Of a stretch of 64,000 bases of DNA, positions 30,790-39,065 are shown in pieces (positions within the stretch are counted from its first letter, which is position 1; every line of letters begins with the position of its first letter). Made by a program: the position numbers and the translations under genes. Source of the stretch: an uncultured cyanobacterium (GTDB lineage: Bacteria > Cyanobacteriota > Cyanobacteriia > Cyanobacteriales > CAWUOF01); assembly GCA_963744145.1 (NCBI GenBank), contig CAVUSO010000001.1, positions 1,806,831 to 1,870,830 on the forward strand, given 5' to 3'. The notes under the pieces were generated by a model, which saw only the letters and a program-made list of their open reading frames with translations, did not search any database and was not told the origin of the DNA.

Positions 30790-31006
30790 AATTCTCTGAT
30801 TGTTCCATAAGGTTCTGGGACTTCATCAATTAAGTGAATGTACTCACCATCAGCTCCCCATTGACTGATCACAGTAATCTCAAAAGATGCTTTTCTGATA
30901 TCTGGTTCCTTTTTGACTACTACAGCAACATGAGAATACTCGTCACCGATCGCTCCTAAAAATACTTAGATGAGTGTGCGCCAAGCATCTAGTCCAATAT
31001 GTAAAA

Positions 31007-31849
31007 TTAGTCATCCGTATCAGGGTCAATCCCCATTGCCCGTAGACGTTCTGCAAGTCTTGCTGCTTTAATTTCAGCTTGTTCTGCCCGTTGATCCGAT
31101 TGGATTGCCCGTTGATCCGCCTGGATGGCTCGCTGACGTTCCTGTTCAGCTTGCAGTTTTTCTAGCTCGGCTTTTTCATTGCCAATCAGTAATAGATTAC
31201 CTTCATCATCCCACCATCGTAACCAGATTTGCGTTTGGTTTTGATAAGTCCCTTGCCATAGCCCTAGTTCTACTCCTAAGGGCTCAATCAAATAATGGTT
31301 ACGTTCATTCGGCTCTAGTTTTTGATAGGAAAAATCTACTAAGTGATACACTTCTAATTTGGCAGTTTTGATTTCATAGATGCCATAATAGGGAATCCGA
31401 ATAATTTGCTCATACACCCAAAATTTCCCTGGTTTGATCTTTTTACCGTCGGGAGAAATTGCCAGCGGAGTTCGATCTCGTTCTTCTTGACCATTACCAC
31501 TAGCAAACTCTAAGGCAATCAATGGGGCTCTTAATTCCCGCCAAAACACATAGGAACGGCGGATCTCTCCATCAAGATTAGGTGGGACATTTGGCACATA
31601 GAACCAATCGGGAGCTTCAGCACCTTTTTCGGGAGGATCAGTTTCCAGCCAGTAGATGCCACTATCTTGTCCAATACAATAATATCCATCTGGATGCAAT
31701 TGTTGTAAAATTTGCCCAATCGAGTCCGTCAGGATCAGACTCTGGGGATGTTCCTGAAAATTTTTCACAAATGTACCGTCTTCATCTGGCAGTTGGGTAT
31801 GATCTGGAAATGAGGAATGGCGATTTACTTGGGTTAATGTTTCTGTCAT
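31007..31849 (-). CDS. Uma2-family putative endonuclease, copy 2 (about 97% identical to copy 1; AIQ(A/S)DQR x2)
   Basis: Collinear with 28488..29351, differing by one heptad-repeat unit and a few substitutions. Confidence 0.7.
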   Translation of the reverse strand: MTETLTQVNRHSSFPDHTQLPDEDGTFVKNFQEHPQSLILTDSIGQILQQLHPDGYYCIGQDSGIYWLETDPPEKGAEAPDWFYVPNVPPNLDGEIRRSYVFWRELRAPLIALEFASGNGQEERDRTPLAISPDGKKIKPGKFWVYEQIIRIPYYGIYEIKTAKLEVYHLVDFSYQKLEPNERNHYLIEPLGVELGLWQGTYQNQTQIWLRWWDDEGNLLLIGNEKAELEKLQAEQERQRAIQADQRAIQSDQRAEQAEIKAARLAERLRAMGIDPDTDD

Positions 31850-31997
31850 AATTTTAATCTTATTGCCGCTGATGTTAACTATAGCTTGAATAAATTATGA
31901 ACGATAGTGGTGCAGAAACTTCTAGTTTGGTAGAATTATTAGATGCTCTTGGGTTTCCGATCGCGATCGCACCTACTAATGAAAAACCGATCTGATC

Positions 31998-32353
31998 TAA
32001 TCAAATCATGGAAGCACAACCGAGAGAAATTCAACGTTACCTAACCCGCGAAGGTAGAATTCCTTTTGCTGAATGGCTGTATTCTATTCGAGAATCTTAA
32101 AACTAGAGCTAAAATCGATCATAGAATTAAGCGAGTCAAATTAGGTAATCTGGGAGATTATCGATCTGTTGGAGAAGGAGTATTTGAACTGAAGATCAAT
32201 TATGGCCCCGGCTACAGAGTTGATTTTGGTCAAATCGGATTAACCATCATAATTCTTCTATGTGGTGGAGATAAAAGTACCCAAGAACAGGATATTTGTC
32301 AGGCTAAGGAATATTGGAGAGATTATGAAAACCGTGAAAATTCCGACCAGTGA
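31998..32353 (+). pseudogene. Addiction-module killer protein, copy 2, disrupted by a +1 frameshift near 32090-32100 (N-terminal MEAQPREIQRYLTREGRIPFAEWLYSIRES* then out-of-frame continuation ...KIDHRIKRVKLGNLGDYRSVGEGVFELKINYGPGYRVDF...)
   Basis: Aligned with copy 1: the N-terminal 33 codons are in frame 1 and the conserved remainder is in another frame. The downstream antidote is intact. Confidence 0.6.
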
Positions 32354-32642
32354 TAGTTGGCAAGAAGCATTAATTGAATCTTTAAAAAATCTTGAATATG
32401 CTGCCGCTTATCTAGAGACTGCACTAGAAGAAAAAGAATCCGAACCAGAATTCTTGCCAGCTATAATCAAAGATGTAATCGAAGCTCGCGAACAGATGAA
32501 TAGTCTCTCGGATGAAGCTAAACAGAAATGGGAGAAATTTGACCAAATGTTATCCAAAGATGGTGGTGCGGAAATTTATAGTCTGGTAGAATTATTAGAT
32601 GCTCTTGGGTTTCGGATCGCGATCGCATCTAAAAATACCTAG
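32325..32642 (+). CDS. Addiction-module antidote protein, copy 2 (start MKTVKIPTS)
   Basis: C-terminal half is identical in protein to copy 1 (SDEAKQKWEKFDQMLSKDGGAEIYSLVELLDALGFRIAIA). Confidence 0.65.
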   Translation: MKTVKIPTSDSWQEALIESLKNLEYAAAYLETALEEKESEPEFLPAIIKDVIEAREQMNSLSDEAKQKWEKFDQMLSKDGGAEIYSLVELLDALGFRIAIASKNT

Positions 32643-32751
32643 ATGAGTGTATGCTAAGAATGTGGGAATATGTGAAAGTAGTCATCCGCATCAGGGTCAA
32701 TGGCTATTACTCACAGATATTCTGATGTTTAGAGCAACTCAAGGTATAATC

Positions 32752-33804
32752 ATGGATTGGAAACCAGAAACCACTTTAATTTTTGCCGTAGGAATTTTGA
32801 CATGGGAAAACTCGGATGTTTGGCCATCTTTTCCCGAAGCAATTCCAGGACGTTTTGATCAAAAATTGGTTGATTTTTTTCGCGCTCAAGGAGTTCCTGA
32901 AGCGCAAATTGTTTATTTACAAGATGCCAAGGCGACTCTGGCAGAAATTCAATCAACTCTACCAGAATTTTTAGCTAATCATAGTGATGAAGATTACCTA
33001 CTAATTTTTTATTTTGCTGGTCATGGAGATTGGGATAAAGAAACAGGTGAACATTATTTTATAAATTACGATGCTGATGGCGATGATCGAGATAATTATT
33101 GGTCAGTCACTTCGATTTTTGGTGATATTGAAGATAATTTTAAAGGTTCTAAGGCTTTGTTATTAGCTGATTGTTGCTTTTCAGGTGGTTTAATTGATCA
33201 GGTAAAGGAAGGAGATGATTTAGAGATTTCCTATGCTTGTATCAGTTCAGCTTATACCCATAACTTTTCGACCGGGAATTGGACTTTTACAGAAGCTTTG
33301 TATCAAGGATTGCTGGGAGATCCTGTAGTTGATTTAGACGGCGATCGCGAGATAACTTTATATGATTTTGCTCGTTATGCAGAATTAGAAATGGCTTTCA
33401 TTGAATCTCAGAAATCGATGTTTGTGACTACTAAAGATTTTGATCCTCAGATGGTGTTAGCAATTGTATCTGATGATATTCCAGCGATCGAAGGAAAGCG
33501 GGTCGAAGTAGAATATGAGAATGAGTGGTACAAAGCTAAGACTTTAGAAAGAGAAGGAGATCAAGTTTTAATCAAATATGTTGAGGATGATGAGGAACCA
33601 GCATGGGTAACCAATGATCAGATTCGTCCCTATCAACCAGAGCTGTTTGCTATTGGAGAAAAAGTAGAAGTTGAATCAGAAGAAGAATGGTGTTCAGCAA
33701 CGGTTTTAAAAGCTTGGTATGGGTTGCATTTGATTAGTTATGACGATTATGATGAGTCCTATAATGAATGGGTAGGAAGCGATCGCATTCGTCCTCAACA
33801 GTAG
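32752..33804 (+). CDS. Orthocaspase (peptidase C14 caspase-like domain) with two C-terminal Tudor/Agenet-like domains
   Basis: Catalytic dyad context YLLIFYFAGHGDWD (His) and KALLLADCCFSGGLID (Cys). Two repeats GKRVEVEYENEWYKAKTL...VLIKYVEDDEEPAWVTNDQIRP and GEKVEVESEEEWCSATVL...HLISYDDYDESYNEWVGSDRIRP. Likely start MDWKPE at 32752; the track start 32647 lies in repeat-derived sequence. Confidence 0.65.
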   Translation: MDWKPETTLIFAVGILTWENSDVWPSFPEAIPGRFDQKLVDFFRAQGVPEAQIVYLQDAKATLAEIQSTLPEFLANHSDEDYLLIFYFAGHGDWDKETGEHYFINYDADGDDRDNYWSVTSIFGDIEDNFKGSKALLLADCCFSGGLIDQVKEGDDLEISYACISSAYTHNFSTGNWTFTEALYQGLLGDPVVDLDGDREITLYDFARYAELEMAFIESQKSMFVTTKDFDPQMVLAIVSDDIPAIEGKRVEVEYENEWYKAKTLEREGDQVLIKYVEDDEEPAWVTNDQIRPYQPELFAIGEKVEVESEEEWCSATVLKAWYGLHLISYDDYDESYNEWVGSDRIRPQQ

Positions 33805-34250
33805 GAATACTAATCTAATCCTGAATGGCGATTAATAATATGCGCTCGTTACTCAAACAGAATTAGCAAGAGCGAGCGCTAGCAATAAATCAACAGCGAA
33901 GATTTAGTTAAACCAGCAAAGAGAATTTTTAGGAATTAGGACTGTCTGTTTGATTAGCGATCGCTGGTGATGTCTAAAGACCTAATTGATATCTACTTTT
34001 GTGTGAGTTTACTTGGGTAGCAACGTGGAAAAGGTTGTTAATACCAACAGGATCTGTTACAATTATCACTAAAATTAGTTCCAAATTGCTCATCTTTGCC
34101 ATCATTTGCTCTTTCTGGTCTAATCGGTCACTTTCCTTGACAACTGTGAGCAAGAGAGTGAGCATTAAGACTTAAGCTAGATCGACTGTCCATGAGTCTT
34201 GCGGTTTAACCCTATATAATATTGGAATAACTTGGGGAGATGAATAGATA

Positions 34251-37200
34251 ATGACTGTCTATGTTTATATCACCGAGCAATGTAAAAATGACGCTAGCAG
34301 ACATGGTGCCATCAATGATATTGAGAAATTCAAGGAAAAGCTAGAAAATGACCAAAGTGCTCGTCTGCTCACTCGTCTTGATTATCGATATCACAGAAGG
34401 GTCATGGGGACGAATAGTAGCGCAAGATTGGTGATTGAAGAATATCGTACTGATCACGACACCATCGTTTTGTGTTTTGTAGGATATCATATCCGGAGTA
34501 GCGCTGATTACAGTTTATTACTAAACAGTCCAAACACTTACTACGAACGATATGGGGTAACAGATGAAGAAATTGAAGCATTTCTCAAAGAGAAAACTAT
34601 AAATCCAATCAAGAAAAAGCCACAACTGACAGAATTTGAATCTGAGTATCTTCAGTCTGCAAGCGGATACGATTACACTAATGATGGTGCCTTTTTAGAA
34701 AGTTACGACTGGGTTGAGCGCATTTCTGAAGATTGGGCTAAAAGCTACTTAAATCGTTACCATGATCTGATTTTTAAGTTGACAGAGGAAGTTGAAAGTT
34801 GTATAAGTCATGTAGGGATAGACACGCTTTCCCATGATAAGAACCCAAATATAAAAATAATTTTCCGGAGTTTTCCTGAACATAGACGAATTTTCCTGAT
34901 CGCTCCTATTAATTGGCAGAAAGATAGCGATGAAAAAAATATCCGTGAGCAATACGCCGATTTATTAACAGCAAACTCACTCAAAATGGAAGACCTAATC
35001 CGCAACAGTCTTCGCGCATATCCAACAATTATTATCTATGATGAAGATATTTGGATGCGAGTAGAAAATACTACAGAAGCAAATCTAGCCCTGTCACCAG
35101 AAGAAGAATGTGTTCTTGGATCTGTAAAAAGTCGAGTTAGCAATGGGGCTAAGTATCCTCTATTTATTAATGGTCGTCCTGGGAGCGGAAAATCTACAAT
35201 TCTTCAGTATTTATTTGCAGAACAGCTAGCTAATTTTATTAAATTGCTTAATAATTCAAACATCAATAATCCTCCACTTTATCTTACTTATAGTACGCCC
35301 TTGTTAGAAGAAGCCCGCGAATTAGTCAAAAAAATTTTAACTTGTGGAATTCGCCATGTAGAGGATGAAAGTATACAAGCATTTGTCACAGATTATAACA
35401 AACTGCATTCATGTTTCCGTAATTTTCGTGAGTTTTTGCGCTCATTACTACCACTCGAAATTCGCGATCGCTTTGTCCAAGCTAATTATGTAGACTTTGC
35501 TCGTTTTCGCAAACTTTGGGAAGACAAGCGTGGTAAACATCCGCAGAAGGAAGTCCGCAGCATTGGGCCGGAACTAGGGTGGCACGCAGTGAGAACTTTC
35601 ATTAAAGGTATGCAATCGGAATCGGGAATTGTGGTAGACCCTGATTATTATCGAGATGAGCTAGCGCGAGACAGTAAATCCATTTCCGATCAGACTTTTG
35701 AAATCATTTACGAGCATATTTGGAAGAAGTGGTATGAGCCTCTTTGTAAGAATGAAAAGTATTGGGATGACCAAGACTTAGCACTTGAGGTTCTGATTAA
35801 TGTAGGGGAACAATTATCGGGTTATCCAGCGGTGTTTTGCGATGAGGCTCAAGATTTCACCACGATTGAGCTAGGACTGATTGAGCGGCTTTCAGTCTAC
35901 TCTGGGAAAGAAATACATAGCTTTTGGGTAAAGAATGTACCCTTTGCCTTTGCTGGTGATCCGTTTCAGACTCTGAATCCAACAGGGTTTAATTGGAGTG
36001 CCATGCAATCTAATTTTTATGACAATATTATTAAGCAGTTAGATCCTAGGGGCATAGCGAAGCTAGAGTTTAATTTTCAGGAGCTAGCATTTAACTATCG
36101 ATCGGCAGAACATATTGTCAAACTCGCTAATCTGATTCAATTACTACGTGCTGTCTTACTTCGGATTAAGGGAATTCGTCCTCAATATAGCTGGACTCGT
36201 AAAATTACCAACAGTCCTGTTTATTTTCGGTGGGATGATATTAACTGCCGCGCCAAACTCCGTGAACAAGATGAATTAGTTATGATTGTTCCTTGTCAGG
36301 AAAATGGTGAATTTGAATATGTAAAAGAAAATGAATTTCTGACATCGATCGCGATTAATCAGGCTGGAGAAATATCTAGAAACATTCTCAGTCCAGCCAG
36401 GGCTAAGGGCTTAGAGTATGATCGGGTTGTTCTCTATGGATTTGGTGATGAAGCAGGAAAGCGTTTTCCAGATTTACTAGCACAGATCAATGATCCTAGT
36501 AAAGATCCGCCGGATCTAGAACAAAGATTATCATGGGAGTATTTTCTCAATCAGTTTTATGTGGCGATTAGTCGTCCCCGTAAGCGATTATTTATAGTTG
36601 ATTCAGATGAATCATTGAAAAATTTCTGGTTGTTCACTGCTCCTCTAAAACAAAAAGTATTGCTCAGTCTCTATGATCTTTATCAACCTAATCATAATTG
36701 GAGTTTAGATGAACTGGGAGGTATGCTGGAAGGGGATAATTCAAGTTGGTTAGACGATCGAGACGATCCTTTAGAATTAGCTTCTCAATGGCGAGATCAG
36801 GGTCAGCTTCAGCGTGATCCTTATTTATTACGTCTGGCTAAAGATAACTTCTATCGGGCTGAGCGTTTTGAGGACGCAAGTTTGTGTGAAGCTAAACAAT
36901 ATGAATATGAAGGTGAGTTTAAAAAAGCTGCGGAACTATTTATTAATCTTGGTCAATCTGGTGAAGCTTGTCGTTGTTACTGGACAGATCGAGATGCTAA
37001 CTCGGTCGTTCGTTTGGTTGAAAAGTTTCCTAAGATTACAACTGATCTACGTTTTATTGCTGCGGGTTCTATTGTGAGAGAGCGCAATACAGTATTCCAG
37101 CTTAATCACGTACTGACAGCACTCGAACAAACCCCCCCATCATTGACAGAGCTACCGGAGGAAGTGGAGGGGTGGCGCTGGTTTTTTAGTTGTTTTGCAG

Positions 37201-38723
37201 ACAAGATCAGTGAAGAAATCTTAGCTTCTGACCGCGCAACAGCAGAATGGAAACCCTATATTGAACGTTTGATTCAAACTATTAAACGGTTTGAATTACC
37301 TCTGAGCGCTTATCCAGAAATTGCTAAACTCCTTTATTTGTCTGGAGATGCAAGAGTCGCGATCGATCACTGGAATCGGTACTGTCGGGATTATAAATCC
37401 GATCGACCGGGAGAAAAATGGCTCACTCAAGCCCGAGCAGAAACAGAAGCATATCCTACAAATATCCGTTTTTACCATGAACTGGGTGATTATCAAACGG
37501 TTATTAATCAATGGACATTAGCCGATCGCATCATCGATAGCGATACACCAGTAAGTTTGCTACTTGATAGCGCCGCTAGGTTGAATGATCTTACAGCACT
37601 GCGAGCTATATTACCAGCAACTGACGATCTTAACAAATTGAATCGGGCGCTTAGTCTGCTTAATGACAAGACTATTCTCTCTTTAGAGGGAGCATTATGC
37701 GTTGCAATTACCCACTCAATGGAATCTTATGGTGATGGGGAAAAAATTATCCAGTTTGTGGTCAACAAAACCACCTCAAACAAAGAGCTAGATGCGAGAA
37801 TTAAAAATGCAGGAATCGCATGGAAAGGTAAAGTGTTAATAGCTGCGGCAGTTCGAGCTATAGCCCGTTCAGAGCGATTATTCCAAGATCAGGTTAAAGC
37901 TCAAAAAATATCTGAATTTTTGAAGCAAGTTCTAATTTTAGAAAAAGATGCAAATCCCAATAAACAAAATCGAGTCAAGTCGGTTTTGGAATTAATAGAT
38001 ATTACCGAGGCTGGAGCAGCATTTGAAAGAGGATTTCGTCGGTTAAATTATGCACTGGATTTTTATGAACAATTCTTTGAAAATAGCTATCTTGCTTATC
38101 GTGTACTAAATCCTTCTCAGGAGCAAACTGAGTTTGCTAAACTACGATGGATTTTTTGCAAGCGTCGTTTAGCTGATATCACCAGGGATAATAAATATAG
38201 GACTGAGGCTGACAATCGGGGACGTGAGTGGAATATTTCAACTAATCAAAAACCTGATTCTCTAAACCTTCAGCCCATCAGTGAGCTAAAGCTTTCTATT
38301 CCTGGACTAGCTGCTCCATCATCCAGTCCTTCAGCTAGTGAAATAACCAAACAAAAACAACCATTACCAACCAAAATTAAACCATTAGATAAAAGTAAGA
38401 AAACGATTATATTCAAATTAGATAACCAGCAAATAAAAGTGGAAGCTTTTCCCCTGAAAAAGCGAATTATTTTGACTGATTATGAAACTCAAAACCAAGT
38501 AAAATGCGAGTTTCAAAATGTGACAAGTGAAGATATTGAGATTAAGGAGGAAGTCTCTGTCTCTGAACAGATCCGAATCTGGAATATTTCTGATTGGGGA
38601 CTTCGATGTGAAATGGAAGCTAAAGAAGATTTAGCGACAATCCGTTTTCGTCTTCCTCATGGAGTGGTAAAGGAATTTAGATTTATCGTGAATAAAAAAG
38701 TCGAAGATAAAGATCACCCCTAG
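34251..38723 (+). CDS. Giant (1490 aa) UvrD/Rep-like SF1 helicase fusion protein with an unknown ~280-aa N-terminal region and a ~650-aa C-terminal alpha-helical/TPR-like plus beta-rich extension
   Basis: Motif I FINGRPGSGKSTIL, II VFCDEAQDF, III FAGDPFQTLNP, IV FNYRSAEHIV, V ARAKGLEYDRVVLYGF, VI YVAISRPRKRLFIVD. Confidence 0.7.
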   Translation: MTVYVYITEQCKNDASRHGAINDIEKFKEKLENDQSARLLTRLDYRYHRRVMGTNSSARLVIEEYRTDHDTIVLCFVGYHIRSSADYSLLLNSPNTYYERYGVTDEEIEAFLKEKTINPIKKKPQLTEFESEYLQSASGYDYTNDGAFLESYDWVERISEDWAKSYLNRYHDLIFKLTEEVESCISHVGIDTLSHDKNPNIKIIFRSFPEHRRIFLIAPINWQKDSDEKNIREQYADLLTANSLKMEDLIRNSLRAYPTIIIYDEDIWMRVENTTEANLALSPEEECVLGSVKSRVSNGAKYPLFINGRPGSGKSTILQYLFAEQLANFIKLLNNSNINNPPLYLTYSTPLLEEARELVKKILTCGIRHVEDESIQAFVTDYNKLHSCFRNFREFLRSLLPLEIRDRFVQANYVDFARFRKLWEDKRGKHPQKEVRSIGPELGWHAVRTFIKGMQSESGIVVDPDYYRDELARDSKSISDQTFEIIYEHIWKKWYEPLCKNEKYWDDQDLALEVLINVGEQLSGYPAVFCDEAQDFTTIELGLIERLSVYSGKEIHSFWVKNVPFAFAGDPFQTLNPTGFNWSAMQSNFYDNIIKQLDPRGIAKLEFNFQELAFNYRSAEHIVKLANLIQLLRAVLLRIKGIRPQYSWTRKITNSPVYFRWDDINCRAKLREQDELVMIVPCQENGEFEYVKENEFLTSIAINQAGEISRNILSPARAKGLEYDRVVLYGFGDEAGKRFPDLLAQINDPSKDPPDLEQRLSWEYFLNQFYVAISRPRKRLFIVDSDESLKNFWLFTAPLKQKVLLSLYDLYQPNHNWSLDELGGMLEGDNSSWLDDRDDPLELASQWRDQGQLQRDPYLLRLAKDNFYRAERFEDASLCEAKQYEYEGEFKKAAELFINLGQSGEACRCYWTDRDANSVVRLVEKFPKITTDLRFIAAGSIVRERNTVFQLNHVLTALEQTPPSLTELPEEVEGWRWFFSCFADKISEEILASDRATAEWKPYIERLIQTIKRFELPLSAYPEIAKLLYLSGDARVAIDHWNRYCRDYKSDRPGEKWLTQARAETEAYPTNIRFYHELGDYQTVINQWTLADRIIDSDTPVSLLLDSAARLNDLTALRAILPATDDLNKLNRALSLLNDKTILSLEGALCVAITHSMESYGDGEKIIQFVVNKTTSNKELDARIKNAGIAWKGKVLIAAAVRAIARSERLFQDQVKAQKISEFLKQVLILEKDANPNKQNRVKSVLELIDITEAGAAFERGFRRLNYALDFYEQFFENSYLAYRVLNPSQEQTEFAKLRWIFCKRRLADITRDNKYRTEADNRGREWNISTNQKPDSLNLQPISELKLSIPGLAAPSSSPSASEITKQKQPLPTKIKPLDKSKKTIIFKLDNQQIKVEAFPLKKRIILTDYETQNQVKCEFQNVTSEDIEIKEEVSVSEQIRIWNISDWGLRCEMEAKEDLATIRFRLPHGVVKEFRFIVNKKVEDKDHP

Positions 38724-39065
38724 TCAGAGTTGGTTTGAGCTGCTGTCGATGACTTTTCTGCCGAAGTTGAGGGATTGAGTTAAAATCAGAAATTTATGGA
38801 TTTTTTGGCGATCGCTACCCCTTGACAAATCAAGACAGTATCTACCAATTTTATCCTCAATTTGCGGATTTCTGTAGGGGCAGGTTCACCAATCAATTCT
38901 GTCACCAATAGATCATTATTATAAACCTGCCCTGGCCTAACCGATCAACCTCAGATTAAGTGCATTTTCTCTGACCAAAGTGACAAAATAGGGATTAGCC
39001 ATTAGTTGATCATTGATTGATTAGCGATCGCAATTATTAAATCATTAATTCAGTTTTTCGGTAAG

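Noticed and set aside
32647-32751. Upstream 35 codons of the caspase ORF (MYAKNVGICESSHPHQGQW...)
   Set aside because: This part lies in sequence derived from the repeated module-leading segment (homologous to 30961-31030). The internal Met at 32752 (MDWKPETTLIF) is a more plausible start.
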